DNA from: the human T2T-CHM13v2.0 reference genome, Homo sapiens
Strand: one strand, 5' to 3'
Assembly (NCBI RefSeq): GCF_009914755.1
Contig: NC_060928.1
Length of the DNA stretch: 64,000 bases
The notes under the pieces are model-generated. The model saw only the letters and a program-made list of their open reading frames with translations, made no database searches and was not told the DNA's origin. Position numbers and translations under genes: made by a program. Below, piece by piece: positions 1 through 13,512 of the stretch (position 1 is the stretch's first letter; each line of letters starts with the position of its first letter).

Positions 1-290
1 CTCAATGGGATGTATTTGGAGGCAGGGCTTTTGGAATGTGATTAGATCAGTCTAGTGCCCTTATAAAAGAAACTCCAGAGAGTTTCCCTGCTGCTCCCAC
101 TCTGTGAGGACACAGCGAAAAAAAGATGGCCTTTAGGGACCAGGAAGCTGGCCTTCAGCAGATAATCAATCTGCTAGCACCTTGATCTTGGACTTCCCAG
201 CCTCCCAGAAGTTTGAGAAATAAGTTTCTTTTGTTTATAATTGACTCAGACAATGGTATTCTGTTACTGCAGCCTGAATAAACAAACACA
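1..290 (+). mobile_element. MaLR LTR (MLT1A-like), 5' part lies outside the window
   Basis: Diagnostic MLT1 motifs: 'gcaccttgatcttggacttcccagcctcc', 'gagaaataagtttc', 'tggtattctgttactgcagcctgaa'. Confidence 0.85.
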
Positions 291-1190
291 ATGAATTGAG
301 TCTGAATTCAGGATACAAAAAAAATGTGAAAAGTTTGTATGCAGGAGAATTTGTGTCTGAAGTAAGATAAGAATATTTGATAAAAAGAAAAGCAGCCATA
401 TTCAAGAGTTGGAGGAAATATCAATAGGATAAGGTTATTCATTTCATGATTGATGGATAAATATGCTCACAATGGGATGTAACTAATTAAGATCTTCTGG
501 CTTCTGGCATGATGTTACTTATTGAATTAGAGAAAATAGAAGTTGGAATTAAGTTTTGGATGTATTAAGAAGAATTACATATTAGTACTGTGGAAGTGCT
601 AAGCAGAATTTTATAGCTTCTCTGAAACTCAGAAATTGATCTTGACTGAAAATAAATATGCACCAGAAATGGGTACACCAAGGGCATAGAGAACAACGTA
701 AAAACTTACCACAATATGTTATGTTGTAAAGCAATATTTTTGACATGCTCAAAATCAACATTATAAATGCATGTAACTGAAATAGTTTGCGTCTAAATTT
801 AATACTGTATTACTCATTCCTCTGTCCTTAAATCATTGAAAATATCAAAGATTACCAAAACACAGCTTTTAAAATGTAGCAGTATAAAATTATTCCTAAC
901 TATTTGCAGTTGTACTGCTGGAGACATTAAATATCACCAGCGAATGTTATTTACTACTATCAGCCCTGAAATATGCTAGCTTTACCACCCACACTGTACC
1001 ATTCCAACCAGCATCCATGTTATCTCTTAAACTCTAGTTCAGGATGATCTACTATGACTGTGATGTGGATTTGTTTATTTTTACATATAATAGCTTCCAG
1101 GGCAAATCAATGGAAGTGCAGGATTTTTTTTCTTTCTATCCTGTGAGATGAGAATTAAAATGAACAAGGCTACTGACTAGATATACTTGG

Positions 1191-1552
1191 TATTATGGTT
1201 TGAATGTGTTTCTGCAAAATTCATATGCTGGAACTTAAACTTCAAGGTGATAGTTTTAAGAGGTGGGGTCTCTTGGCAAGTGTGGTCTCTTGGCTCTGAC
1301 CTCAAAAATGGAATTAATGCCATTAAAAAGAGGGTTTGGAGAACTGCTGGACCTCCCATCTCTTCTGCCATGTGAAGAAGCAGCAGGAATGTACAATCTT
1401 GGAAGTAAAGAGTAGCCCTCGTCAGACATAGAATCTACTGGTGCCTTGATCTTGTACTTCGTAGCCTCCAGAGATGGATAAATAAATTTCTACTATTTAT
1501 AAATTATAAATTCTGTGGTATTCTGTTATAGCATCAGGAACAGGTTAAGACA
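1191..1552 (+). mobile_element. MaLR solo LTR (MLT1A/MSTD-like)
   Basis: Starts tattatggtttgaatgtg and ends ttaagaca; perfect 5-bp TSD CTTGG at 1186-1190 and 1553-1557. Confidence 0.9.
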
Positions 1553-3561
1553 CTTGGTAAATGTGGTGGTACAGTATATATGTTTATAAAATCCTCATAT
1601 TAAAAGACATTAAGGGAATGGAGAAAAATAGTGAACTTTCCATTGCAGCAAATGCTAACAAGTATTTTGATTTGAAATCTAGTAATTAAAGGAAAGTAAA
1701 AATAGTCTTATACATATTTGAATTATATGTCATGAAATAAACTATCCACACACAGCACTGAAATTATGCTTAGTACATCAATTAATTTTGTCTTATCATA
1801 CACAGATCTATTTAATATCACTGTGAAAACTTATTTAAGAGTTTAAATACAATATATCCTATGTAATGTGGCTATATTAATATTTTCAGATAGTTTAGGC
1901 AGAACTGTACTGACTCTGTCATTGTCTGAATGCTCTCTTTCCAAATACTGGAGAAAGGTTTTACTATTAACGTTTATTTATTTTATGTGGTCCTACAATA
2001 TTTCTCAACTTATTTATTTCTTTAGTAGTCATCATTATATATATAATATTATCAAAATATGCTTTTCAAGTACTGTATTTCTGTGTTTGGGGATCCTCCA
2101 TCTATAATATGTACTTAAATAATGACATTTCTCAGTTCTATCTTTCATGGAAATTTCTATAACCTCTATTTCTCATGAATGACAAGAGATCTCTATATGG
2201 AAGATAGATAACTATTTATATCTCATCAGTAGAGTTACCTATAATTTGCACATTTTTAGTAAGTCCAATTTTTAGAAATGATAGTATATAAACACTGTGT
2301 CTGATTATATAAGATTGCAGGATTATATGAGATTCAGCAAATAACTATTGTAGCTTTAAAAACTAGTATAAAGTATGAATATTATGAATGTTTACTATAT
2401 TTTAAAATAAAATATGGAAGTTAGAAAGCTGTATGTCACACTTTGTACTTTGTTCATATTTAACTTCAAGGCATAATAATTGAAACTTATTGCTTTGAGA
2501 ACTACAATCATCAATATAGTTTTCTTACTTTTCACTACAAAATTTCTTTCCAATTCTTTCTGTCTTTGAATTATACATTCGGAAATATACCACACATTTT
2601 AAAGATGACTGTATTACATTTAGAATAATAATATATCAATTTTTGTGTTACAATTATAAATTTTGTATTTATAAGATATTGCTAAATTCTGAAGTTAAAA
2701 TGATGCCCGAATAGCCCTATTATAAATTAATAAACTACTATTAAATATTCATCCACTAATGTTTTCCTTACCAATGTTGTAAACATTCATTTTTCATTTG
2801 GGCACCAGCTATTATTTACTACATAAGCTATAGAGTAATAGTTCTTTTATGTCTTCTCTCAAACTTGATTTTGTATAATAGAAAAAAAATCAGTGTAGAA
2901 TGAAAAGACATAGGTCCAAGGGCTAACCATGTTGAGTGATTTTGTTGAGGACTTTCTTCTTTGCTGAATCTCATTTTTCAAGTGACAGCGAGCGCTAGTG
3001 GAGTTGAGTGAAATAATATCATCATGACAATTTCTTCCCATTCTAAAGTCTACTTTTTTGCTGATGGACACCCTCCATATATTTGTTTCTTGAATCTGTG
3101 ACTTTGTTAATAACATTCAGCATTTTCATTATTATGGTTGTTTTTATTTTCATATTTAGTGTTGTCTTTCCTGAGATGGTATGAATATCACTTTAAGTGA
3201 GGATACATATTATTCTGTACTGAATACATTATATAACTGTTTTACTCCCAAATATATATACCTATATGAGAAATTATTGGAGAGAGGGAAACCCAACCAA
3301 ATTAGACCTGTACTCAAGAAGCTTCCATTGTAGCAGAAGATAGATATGGGAACAGCACACTTAGTAAAATACATTTATATTGAGCGTGTTTATAATCTAT
3401 AGCATCTCCTATAATTTGTACTGATAACACAGAAAACTCAGATCAAATAAGATTGAAATCTCTGAAAATATATTATGAAAGAGATAACTTTTGAGCTACT
3501 TGACAATAGATTAACTTCTACCATGCAAAGATTTTTGAGAGAGGGTTTCAGTGAGAGGCAA

Positions 3562-3936
3562 TGTTTTTAGTCCCTTTTGTGCTGCCATAACAGAATACCT
3601 GAAACTAAGTAAATTACAATGAATAGAAATATATTAGCTGACATTTTAGAGGTTTGGAATTCTCAGATAAAGGGGCTGCCACTTGGCAAGGGCCTTCTTG
3701 ACTCATTGTTTCATAGTAGAGGGCAGAAGAGCAAAACAGTGTGAAAGAGAGGGAGAGGCAAAAAAGGAAGGCAAACTTTTCCGTTTTAAGGAAGCTATTG
3801 TCTTAATAAGAGCCTGAATCCATTCACTATACCCTCATGCCTAATCACCTCTCATTAGGCCACACCTTCCAACACTGTTGCATTTGAGATTAAGTTTCCC
3901 ACACATGCTCTTGGGGGACACATTCAAACCACAGCT
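3562..3936 (-). mobile_element. MaLR solo LTR (MSTC/MSTD-like)
   Basis: 'tgtttttagtcccttttgtgctgccataacagaatacc' ... 'ggggacacattcaaaccacagc'; degenerate TSD GGCAA/GGCAT. Confidence 0.85.
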
Positions 3937-6159
3937 GGCATTAACTACAATCTACCTTTGTTTACTCTTCTAGTTCCAAACATATAGTGACAAACCTTAT
4001 AAAGGCAACATTTCTAATGACTTTTGTATTTTTTACTACTCCTAAGGCAATTATAAGCTTTGAGAATATTTTTGGAGGTCTGATAAACTACACCTTGATG
4101 CACAAAAGTTGTCAGACAATTTTCAATGTAGGCAATTAAAATGAACCTGGAAAAGGTTAATTCTGAAATGGGACCATATATTGTTACAATTGTAAAAATC
4201 CAGAGATCACCTCATTTTAAATCTATTCTTTACAAAGGTCTTCTCTGCAGTATCTTTCATAAGTAATCCTGATGCTCTTCCAGGACCTCCACTGATACAG
4301 TTTTCATTTCCTTTTTTATTAAGCACATCTTTATTCATTAACAGTTGTGTAAAGCTGGGCACATAAATATGAGTAAGATATTACTTGTGCCATAAGACAG
4401 CAAAGAGATTTAGACAAGTTATTAAAATATTGTTTGATAGAGAAAGAGTAAGTTTTTTTTTTTTACTTTTTTCTGTGTCTGTCTCATATTGAGCCTGCCA
4501 CTGAATTTAGCATATGGCATTATGATTACTATTTCCTTGCTCCTTTAGTACACAGTCTGCATTATTTGTATTTATATCCTCAAGATGTAGTACAATGCCT
4601 GTCACATATTTGATAACCCAGAAATATTAGTTGTAAGACCAAATTAACCTGTGAGAAAATAAGGTTTTATGAGGATGTGATTGAATCTGAATCTAAAAGA
4701 TGATGAACACATATTTTGAAGGGAAAGGAGCAAAATATAGGAGAATTTCAGTCTGTGCTGAAGGAAAATTGTATATGAAAGAACAGGGTCTAAAAGGAGT
4801 ATTAACAACTTAAGTGTGAAGAGGTATGATCTGTAAAAATGTAAAAGTGATCATAAGGATAGCTAATATTCAGGCAGGATTGGAATAAACTTACCCTAAC
4901 AGAAAACGTCAGAATCTTTTTCTGTCTCCATTCTCAAAGTGTTTAATACCATTTGCTTAATGTATTATATCATAAGGTAAATGGCTTTGCTGTGATTTTT
5001 TCTTTTTTATTATTGTTTTAGAAAAGTAAAGTAAAAATATTGTATGAACACTTTTGCTAAGGTAAGAAAATATTTTTTGAGGGGAGTTGAATTAGAGTAT
5101 TATGCAATTTAGGTATAACATATCTAGGTAATTTTAAAGTTTTGATGTATGGCATGAAGTAATTAGAAGGTTGCCCATTGATCATATTTGGTGTTACAAA
5201 ACATGAAATGGCAAAGAAAGAAAACCCCGTGCAATAAGCAAAAGAAATTTTTCTCCACCTTTCATAGAAGTTTGCCATTATGGGTGATAAGAGCAATTAG
5301 GAGGAAACTGGAGAAGACAACATCACTTTCTGTGATAAATTTGCTCTATTGGGTGACATTTATGGGTATATGATCACTATATGGCCAACACATTTTCATT
5401 AATTTAACTAGAGAGATTTTGCCTCCATGTCACTTATATATTGGAAGGAGTTAGTATATTTTTGCCTATTAAAGAGATGGCTTCAGCATGAAATTTTCAG
5501 AACACTGAATGGTGACCTCAAATGAATTGCATCTACTAGAACTTAAAATAGGCAAGGTGAGAAGAGGAAGAATATAAGGCTGAAGTGTTAAGGGCGTGAC
5601 TACTGTGCTGTGCCAAGGAGTTTTTAACTTGACACTTTAACATTGAGTAGAGGTTTTTTCAAGTAAAGAAGGTAAGAGCAAGTGGTATAGAGAAGTTGCC
5701 AGGAAGGCAACTAGAGAAAAGAGAATTCTTGATTTTTCTTCTGGAATTACATGGAGTACTATATAGCCAAAAGATAAAATGTCCCAAGAAGATGAACAGA
5801 TCTTAATACAACCTACCAGTACATCTTTGAAGATCTAAATATGATTTTGGCTGGAAGAGCATGTATGCTCATTTTATTTTTGAAGTGGTACTAAAATTAG
5901 TATTTTGCAGAAAGACTAAGAGCCTCCAAAACATAAATTCCTGTAGTTTTCTACTGCTGATTATTGTAGATACATTAACAACTCAGAAAAGCCACAGAGT
6001 ATTTTGTTACTACTAAAAGCTTTTTACATATGATTGTAAGTTCACTGAGGGCATAAACTCAGAGTGTGTACAGATGTTTGCTCCTGGCCTGGCATAAATA
6101 TGGTATATATTATGAACACCTATATTAATATATTTTTTTTAGTTAATAAAAACGTGGTT

Positions 6160-7020
6160 ATTACAGGACATTTCTCCAGATGGCCTTGGACCAATCTAGT
6201 GCTTATCTCTTTCTCACTTAAAGTTCTTAAGAATAACTGTAGAATGTGCTGGGAGCATCTTGAGATAGGGAGTGATTAGAACAGCTCATGCGCTGTTTCC
6301 ATCCCTCCCAAAACAGGATGTTTTTCAGTGCTTCAGCCCAGTGTATCGTTTTGCCCCTTGGTATATGATACTGTTTGGATCTGGGTCATCAGTCAAATTT
6401 CATGTCGAATTGTAATTCCCAATGTTGGAAGTGGGGCCTCTTGGGAGGTGATTGGATCAAGGAGTTGTTTCTCGTGAATGGTTTGACACCATCCCTTTGG
6501 TGCTGTTCTCATGATAGTGAGTGAGTTCTCATGAGATCAAGTTGTTTGGCACCAGAGTGGTGTGTAGCACCTCCCACTTTGCTCTTTCTCTCTCTCTTGC
6601 TTCTGTTCCTGCCATGTAAGAAATGCCTGCTCCAGCTTCACCTTCCAACATGATTGTAAGTTTCCTGAGGCCTCCTCATCCACATCCCTTCCTGTACAGC
6701 CTGTGGAGCTGTGAGCCTATTAAACCTCTTTTCTTTATAAATTACCCAGTCTCAGGTATTTCTTTATAGCAATACAAGAATGGACTAATACAGTATAAAA
6801 GCCATGGAGGCTGCTCTCCAGGGTTCCTCAGCTGTGGTGCAAGTGAGGAATTTGTAGACAAGACTCCATCTGCCTGGGGAGTTTTCCTGAGCTGTGGATG
6901 ACCAGCTCACCCAGAATCCTTCTGTTGTCTGTTGTTGACAATCTGTGAGTAATAAACCCACTTACAACTTGTGTGTTTGAGTGTTCTGTCTCACTGTACT
7001 TGGGGAAGTAGTAACAGTCA
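6160..7020 (+). mobile_element. ERV LTR (LTR47-like, tentative), split by an MST insertion
   Basis: 'aagaataactgtagaatgtgctggg', TATA 'gtataaaa' and polyA signal 'aataaa' at ~6951; the two halves rejoin across 6366-6792. Confidence 0.65.
6366..6792 (+). mobile_element. MSTA/MSTB MaLR solo LTR
   Basis: tgatactgtttggat...ggactaataca termini; 'ataaattacccagtctcaggtatttctttatagc'; TSD GTATA at 6361-6365 and 6793-6797. Confidence 0.92.
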
Positions 7021-7464
7021 TGCAATGGTAAATTAAAGAAAATAAATCTAGAGTTAATTGTGCACAGATTAACTGTAGATCAAAACAGGCTTGTACTCAT
7101 TCAAATCTTAGACCTAGACAGTTGCATTTAGCCCTGGCTCTGCACTTATAATTCCTCATTTTTATTTCTTTTTATTTGTTGTTTTTTCTATTTTTGACTC
7201 TCATGTAAGCCAGTCAGATTCTAAAATAAAAAGGAAATATTAGAAAAATTAGATTGTTTTTTATTCCCTAAGATAAAATTTGAACCAAAAAACGATGTCA
7301 GCAGAAAGATACTACAACAAAAGGACATGCTATTAATGCATTTAATATGTATAAACCTGCTTCTGTGTATACCAGAACACATGCACATATACACATGCAC
7401 ACTCAAGAAGAATTTTAATAGGTTAGTTTTCAACACACTCAAAGAAAGTTGGTTATAGAAGAAA

Positions 7465-7690
7465 GATGAGACTTGGAGTCAGAAGTTGATTTAAATTCTT
7501 TTTCTACGATCTATTCAATGTATGGCCTTAGTGAAATATTTGATTATCTTGAGCCTCAATTTTCTCTTCTATAAAATGAAAAATCATTTCTCTTGTATCC
7601 TTTTGAATACTTATGAGGGTAAACTATAGTATTACAGGAAAAGTTTTAATGTAGTGACTGAGTTAAAAAGACTTGCCAAATATTAGTTTC
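7465..7690 (+). mobile_element. MIR SINE
   Basis: Degenerate MIR core 'cttgagcctcaattttctcttctataaaatg' preceded by 'acttggagtcagaag'. Confidence 0.7.
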
Positions 7691-7744
7691 AGTATCTATC
7701 ATCAAATAGCCATTGCCTGTTAGTTAGTGTAGATCCAATAATTA

Positions 7745-8380
7745 ATTGGACAGAAATTTGAAAGAACAAAACTGAAAAGTTGGTGGCAAATATGTCTGAG
7801 AAAAGGTATATTGATGGACCACTTGGATGAGGCAGATTGTGTAGATATTTGTGTCACATAATAATTGCCCATCAGAAGACATCCCCTGTGGACAAGACTC
7901 TCTTGGCTTTAATTACAGGCAAGATGACTCTCATAAATAACATGACTTTTGTGGCAGGAATGGAGGTTTTATCAGAGAACAGTGACAAACTTTTCTCTTG
8001 AAGGAGACTGTTTGGTCTACCAACGCTATTGAATGAATGCACAATTTTCTAAGAACACAACCCGCCACCGAGCTTCTGATAGGGTGCCAGAGGGCTACCT
8101 GGTATCAATTGCATTATACTGACCCTCTCTTACCATGGATGAACATTACTGTCCTCCTACAGAGACAGAAAAATATTCCAGATAAGAATATGCCTCCCCT
8201 TTCCACAGGGCTTCTGCCAGCATCATAATCTCTCATCCTTTCCTTTGTTGTGTGACACAGTGTCCTTTACATTCAGGAAGCATGTTGTGTTGCAAAAGAA
8301 TCTGGCAATGACACTGTGCTCATGGATTCCACTGATAATAACACATTTTCATCACTCAGAAGCAGCAACTTTATTGTCAA
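7745..8380 (+). mobile_element. ERVL-type pol fossil (RNase H to integrase), with multiple stops and frameshifts
   Basis: Manual translation gives IFVSHIIAHQK, ATWYQLHYTDPLLPW and AHGFH...HHSEAA, matching HERV-L pol motifs IFVSHVNAHQR, ATWWQVDYIGPLPSW and AHGIHW...HHPEAA. Confidence 0.85.
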
Positions 8381-8870
8381 TCAAGTCTCCATTTAATGTC
8401 ATGTTATCTAGTAGGCCTTGATATATATATAATTTTTGCCTCAAGAACCTCATGATCAACTACAGGATACAAAATTATAGCTCCTACGTGAAAGATTTTA
8501 ATTGTGTCTCTTAATCTTAATTTTTATTCAAACTGCAGACTGACATTTTCAATTCATACCAGACATTTAGACATTTGTACCTGATGTTTACCAGCAGCCC
8601 ATATTCAATGTAATCATATCTGAAACCATATGAAATAGAAGAGCCATCAGTCGAAGACAGAATCGTTAGTAAAAGCATAAATCCTTCTATTCTTACCTCT
8701 GCACATTCCAGCTACCTCTTGTTTTCTTCTATTAGCTAACCCAGTTGAGTAAACCAACATTATATGATTGAATAGATGCATTTCTGTCTTGCATTACTGA
8801 ATATTTTAATTCAAAGGATATCTTCCATCTGAAGATGCTTTCCAATTTTTTTAGCCAATTCAACTTCTAT

Positions 8871-9390
8871 TTTGGGAGACAATACTTTATGAATATTTCA
8901 TGTTTGTACATGGCCTGGCTCCAGTGAGCAAAGGGTATGGAAAATCTTTCTTGGAAGCTAGATATAGTGTCTTCTTCCAGATTAGAGGACATTTGCTTCA
9001 TGATCAGCAGAACAAAGATAGACAATGTCTACCAGCAACCTTTCCAAGACAATAAAATATCCTTGTTTACCTCTCAGAGTAAATATAAAGACTCACTCTC
9101 TCATTAGAGGAAAATATGAACAGACTGCTAGCTTTCCTAATTTCTGAGTTCCTCTTCTCTTATGCACCCCACTGCATATGTGGATGTCATTTGTTCTTCA
9201 CTGGGTCACTGTGTGGAAATTGGGACAGGAAACAAGTGCAAGAAGATATAGCTCTGTTTGATGCTTTTATCATGAGTTATAACCGTGACCCAGATTTCTT
9301 AGTTTTTCTCAGTATATGTATATAAAACTGTGACAGGCCCACTTGTTAACTTGCAAGTAGCATAAGATCTCAGACCCTCCATAGTTTTCT
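8871..9390 (+). mobile_element. ERVL LTR (MER73/MER76-like, tentative)
   Basis: 'ttgggagacaat' start and 'aaactgtgacaggcccacttgttaacttgcaagtagcataagatctcagaccctccatag' end resemble this LTR group. Confidence 0.65.
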
Positions 9391-9613
9391 AGTCCCTTCT
9401 GGAGGTCTTCCAGATCCTTTAAAATGTGGTCTTTAGCTATGGAGGAAGCCCTCTAGGATTCTGTCGCTCTCAAATTCTCTAATTGCTCTCTTGTTATTAT
9501 CATTAGGAAACTCACATGGAACTTCTTTCCCAACAGCAAGCTACTTGAAGTCAGAATTATACTGATGGTGATTTCATTTGCCTCTCACAAATTATCTCAG
9601 TACTCAGTTGTTT

Positions 9614-10331
9614 TGAGAGCACCCAGCCAAATTGGGGTTCCGGTACCAGAGTGGCTGGCAACCTGCCCTGACAGAAAATAAAGAACTAGATATGAGTGTT
9701 TTACTGTGTGCCTTGTGTGGGATAATTTTTTTTTTTTTTATCAAATGGACAGTCTAATGCCTAGTAGTGTAACTAGTGACCAGTGGGTCCTTGACCAGGT
9801 AGCTTGTTTATATCGGCAGACATGTTTACAGGTTTGTCTACCCATAACCAGTTTATGCCTGCCTGACCATGGCTCTGGCATGAGGAGCCTTATCTTGTCT
9901 CCTCAATCTGTAAGTCCAGGGAAAATTCAGCTTGGGGTATCCCCAGGTTGTTCAGATGGAAGGCACAAATTCAATACACCACCACAATAGGAAGCAAATT
10001 CAAAGATTTTTACTTACCGATCTTGGGCAGAGAGGGCATAATTATAAGAAAGATAGTCCTCTATCCACGGGTCACATGAGGCAGGCATGAAAAGTCAGGC
10101 AGAGAACGAAAAGACAGAAAATGCCCATGGCAACTAGCAGTATATGGCAGGGTGCAGGTCACTCGAAGTTCCCAGGCAAATGCCTGAACGGTCCATGAAA
10201 AGGAAGTGATGGGAAAGCCCAGTCTGCCAGGTGGGAGAGATGCCTCTAAGCTCTTATCGTTGACCACTGGCTTGGGCCATTTGGGTGTGATGTTCTACTT
10301 ACAGTCCCTAGAAGCAGTCTTCACTGTGTCA
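9614..10331 (-). mobile_element. Probable ERV LTR (MER54-like, tentative)
   Basis: GC-richer ~720-bp block with TG...CA termini; minus-strand 'gtaagtaaaaatctttgaatttg' resembles a polyA-signal region. Confidence 0.45.
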
Positions 10332-10382
10332 TTTTTCTTACATCAATAAATACTGAGTTTTATTAAAGTAAACTAGATTTGA

Positions 10383-10749
<367 letters not shown>

Positions 10750-11624
10750 TGATTATTTCAATATGGTGTTTCTTTATAACCAGTATTTTTCCCCTCATAC
10801 ATTAAAAATTGCCAAAGCAAATAGTTTTGTGTTTAGTAACAGTTGTTCCAGTAACAACATGTCTGTCACATCTGTTCTTGTTTTAAATCAGAGTAAATGT
10901 TTTTTCATCTTAATCAATATTTTCTGATGTAGCTATAACACAGAGCTTACTACTTTATCATGCCTTTATTATCTAAACAGGCTGTATATTTTTCTAACTT
11001 TTGTACTTTATGTATTGTTTATATACCTTCTTAAGGTATGCTTCAAATAAAAACCCTCTTAGAAGCAAATATGTTTCTATGAGAGAAATTGAATGAGGTA
11101 TCTGAAAGGATTAAATATTTATTGATTTTAAATGTTGTCGTAAAATTTGACTATTAGAGTTTACTTTACATAAAAGATTACGTCATTAAACAAATCAGTA
11201 TGCCTCTTACCTAGCTGTACATTAGGCCAAAAAAAACCTCTGAAAAATAAATACCTGCAGTTAGAAGTATTATCATTTATCTCTCAAGGTACTTTTTTTT
11301 CTATTTCATTCTTTGTATATTTGACCTCCTGCTATTTAGAATAGGCCGTGTAATAAAAAATTTAAACCACTGTAAGTATATTGAAAAAATCCCTTAAGAA
11401 ATCTTCCTTAACTTCTTTCCATATATGAAATTCTATATTGTAGCTTTTTATAGAAAAAAACCAATATTCTGTAAATAAGCATATTTTCAATAATAATCTA
11501 ACTTTTCAGTAATTCTTATTCAGATTACTTCCACACAAGACATAGGCATGTGTATATCTGTGTGAATATTTGACTGTTAAGTTTGTATTTATAAGTATGA
11601 TTACGTTTTTGTGGGTGTGAGTTG

Positions 11625-11775
11625 TGTGATTATGAATATGTTAGAGTGTGAATGTGAATGTATATGAGAGTGATATATATATACACACACATATATGTAT
11701 ATATGTATACATATATATCTCATATACATATATATCTATCTGTATATATCTACATATACATATATATGTATATCC
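11625..11775. repeat. Degenerate (TG)/(TA)/(CA) low-complexity repeat
   Basis: Visible alternating purine-pyrimidine tract. Confidence 0.85.
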
Positions 11776-12319
11776 CTTTAATTAGCAAGGAGTAAATATC
11801 TAAATTTGTGGTTTGGTTGGCTAGTAGGTTGTTATATTGACAAACAGATTTCAATCTAACAATAAGTCACCAAAAATTCTCATATATTTAAAAAAATACT
11901 TACTTTTGCTGATCCGAGAAAGGTGTCACTTTCACTAGGGAAATTTTAATAATAATGCTCACTCTTTATTTTATTTGGTTGTGCACTATGACCTTATAGA
12001 AGCACATCTTCTTTCTCAGCTCCTTAGTTTGCTGCTGTGTTGTATAAATATCTCTGTATCTTCCAGGATGAGCACATTCATTACAGATTAAATTAACCCA
12101 ACTCAAATGTCCACCACTTTATTCCCAGAAAGAGAAATAACTTACTCTTAAAGTTCAAACTGAAAGCTTATCATTAACATCAGAGGGGTTTTCATTGATT
12201 TAAAATAACAATAAGATATGAATGATTAAATTGGGATAAAACATAGTCATACACAATTAATGTAATATAAATTATAATAATAATTTACTCAAGTGCTTCA
12301 GATACGAAATTACCTTTTA

Positions 12320-13200
12320 TCTACTTTAGTCTCCATTCCACAGTCCTGTCTGGCCTATGAGTAGCTGGAGACCCACCACTGATTTTAGCAGTTCAACATT
12401 ATTCTCCTACCCTTAGCACTGGCAGCACTTGATATTTTGACTCTATAGAGGTTTTGCCCAAACTGAGAGAACTTGGTATGCAGCCACTGATATTGCAAAT
12501 GCACTATTTTGACATCTCTCTGCACTTAAATGATTAAGATCAATTTGGCTGTATGTGCAATGGGTTGCAGTACACCTTTAGAGCCATACCTGCTAGATCT
12601 GTGAGAGAGCGGCCATGGATATTCTGACAATGTCCTAGGCTATGCGTACATGCACAGACTGATACTGTCATCAGAAGATGCTGAACTAGCATGAAAAACC
12701 AGTCCCACCTGGAAAACCTAGCTAAAGCTAAAGATACAGTCCAAGGAAAAAATGACTTCAACCAGGGGGCCAGGGAATTCTTCACAGATAGATCTTGTTG
12801 GGCCCTGAATCCCATCCAGAGGATTTCACTGCATCTTGACTGCAACTGACAAATTTTCCAGAATTGACATAGTCAGTCCTCTATAGTCCTCTGACTGGGG
12901 CTAAATTATCCAGGTCCTAGAGGGTCAAATTTATTTCCTATTCAGGTTCCCTGAGCAAATGATTATCTGATAATGGCCCTAGATTTGTAGCTCAAGCTAC
13001 ACAACACTGGACCCAATCATGGGCTATACCATGAATTCTACATGCTCCATATTATCCTCAAGCAAAAAGTATAGTTAAACATTTTAATGAAAAATTGAAG
13101 GGCAGGCTTGAAGCTGCTGATAAGAGGGAATGAGATAACCATGGCCTGAACTACACATCTCAAGCTAGCATCCTTGTATCTCAATGCAGGGATTCCCTGA
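12320..13200 (+). mobile_element. Internally deleted ERVL-class pol fossil (RT N-terminus followed by integrase core); internal sequence probably continues to ~14520
   Basis: Translates to SPFHSPVWP..SWRPTTDF (12329-), AATDIANA.F and DQFGCMCNGLQYTF (RT-like), then LHAPYYPQAKSIVKHFNEKLK (13038-13100; integrase HxPYxPQ...VERxN motif). Confidence 0.8.
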
Positions 13201-13390
13201 AAAGGTTGTTCTTATTTGTGCCCCTTGATTGATCAGGCTGTCGTCCCTGTTCCTCATTTTGTACATCATTCTTTTACAATTATTGACATCTCAGTCTCCA
13301 TTGGGTACTCTGTAAGGACTTTCTATCATCTTTGGCCCCTTGCTGAAGACTCAAATCAAAGGGAGATCAAGATGGACATTAAAAAGCAAT

Positions 13391-13512
13391 ACAATGAACT
13401 CCTGTATTTATCCCCCAGTTGCAAGGCATAGGTTTTTGTCTACAAGGTGGGAGACAATGAACTCCTTCTTCATTTACCCCCAGGTGCATGGCATAGGTTT
13501 TTATCTACAAGG
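13391..13512. repeat. Diverged ~60-bp tandem duplication
   Basis: acaatgaactcct...ggcataggttttt(g/a)tctacaagg occurs at 13391-13447 and 13454-13512. Confidence 0.9.
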
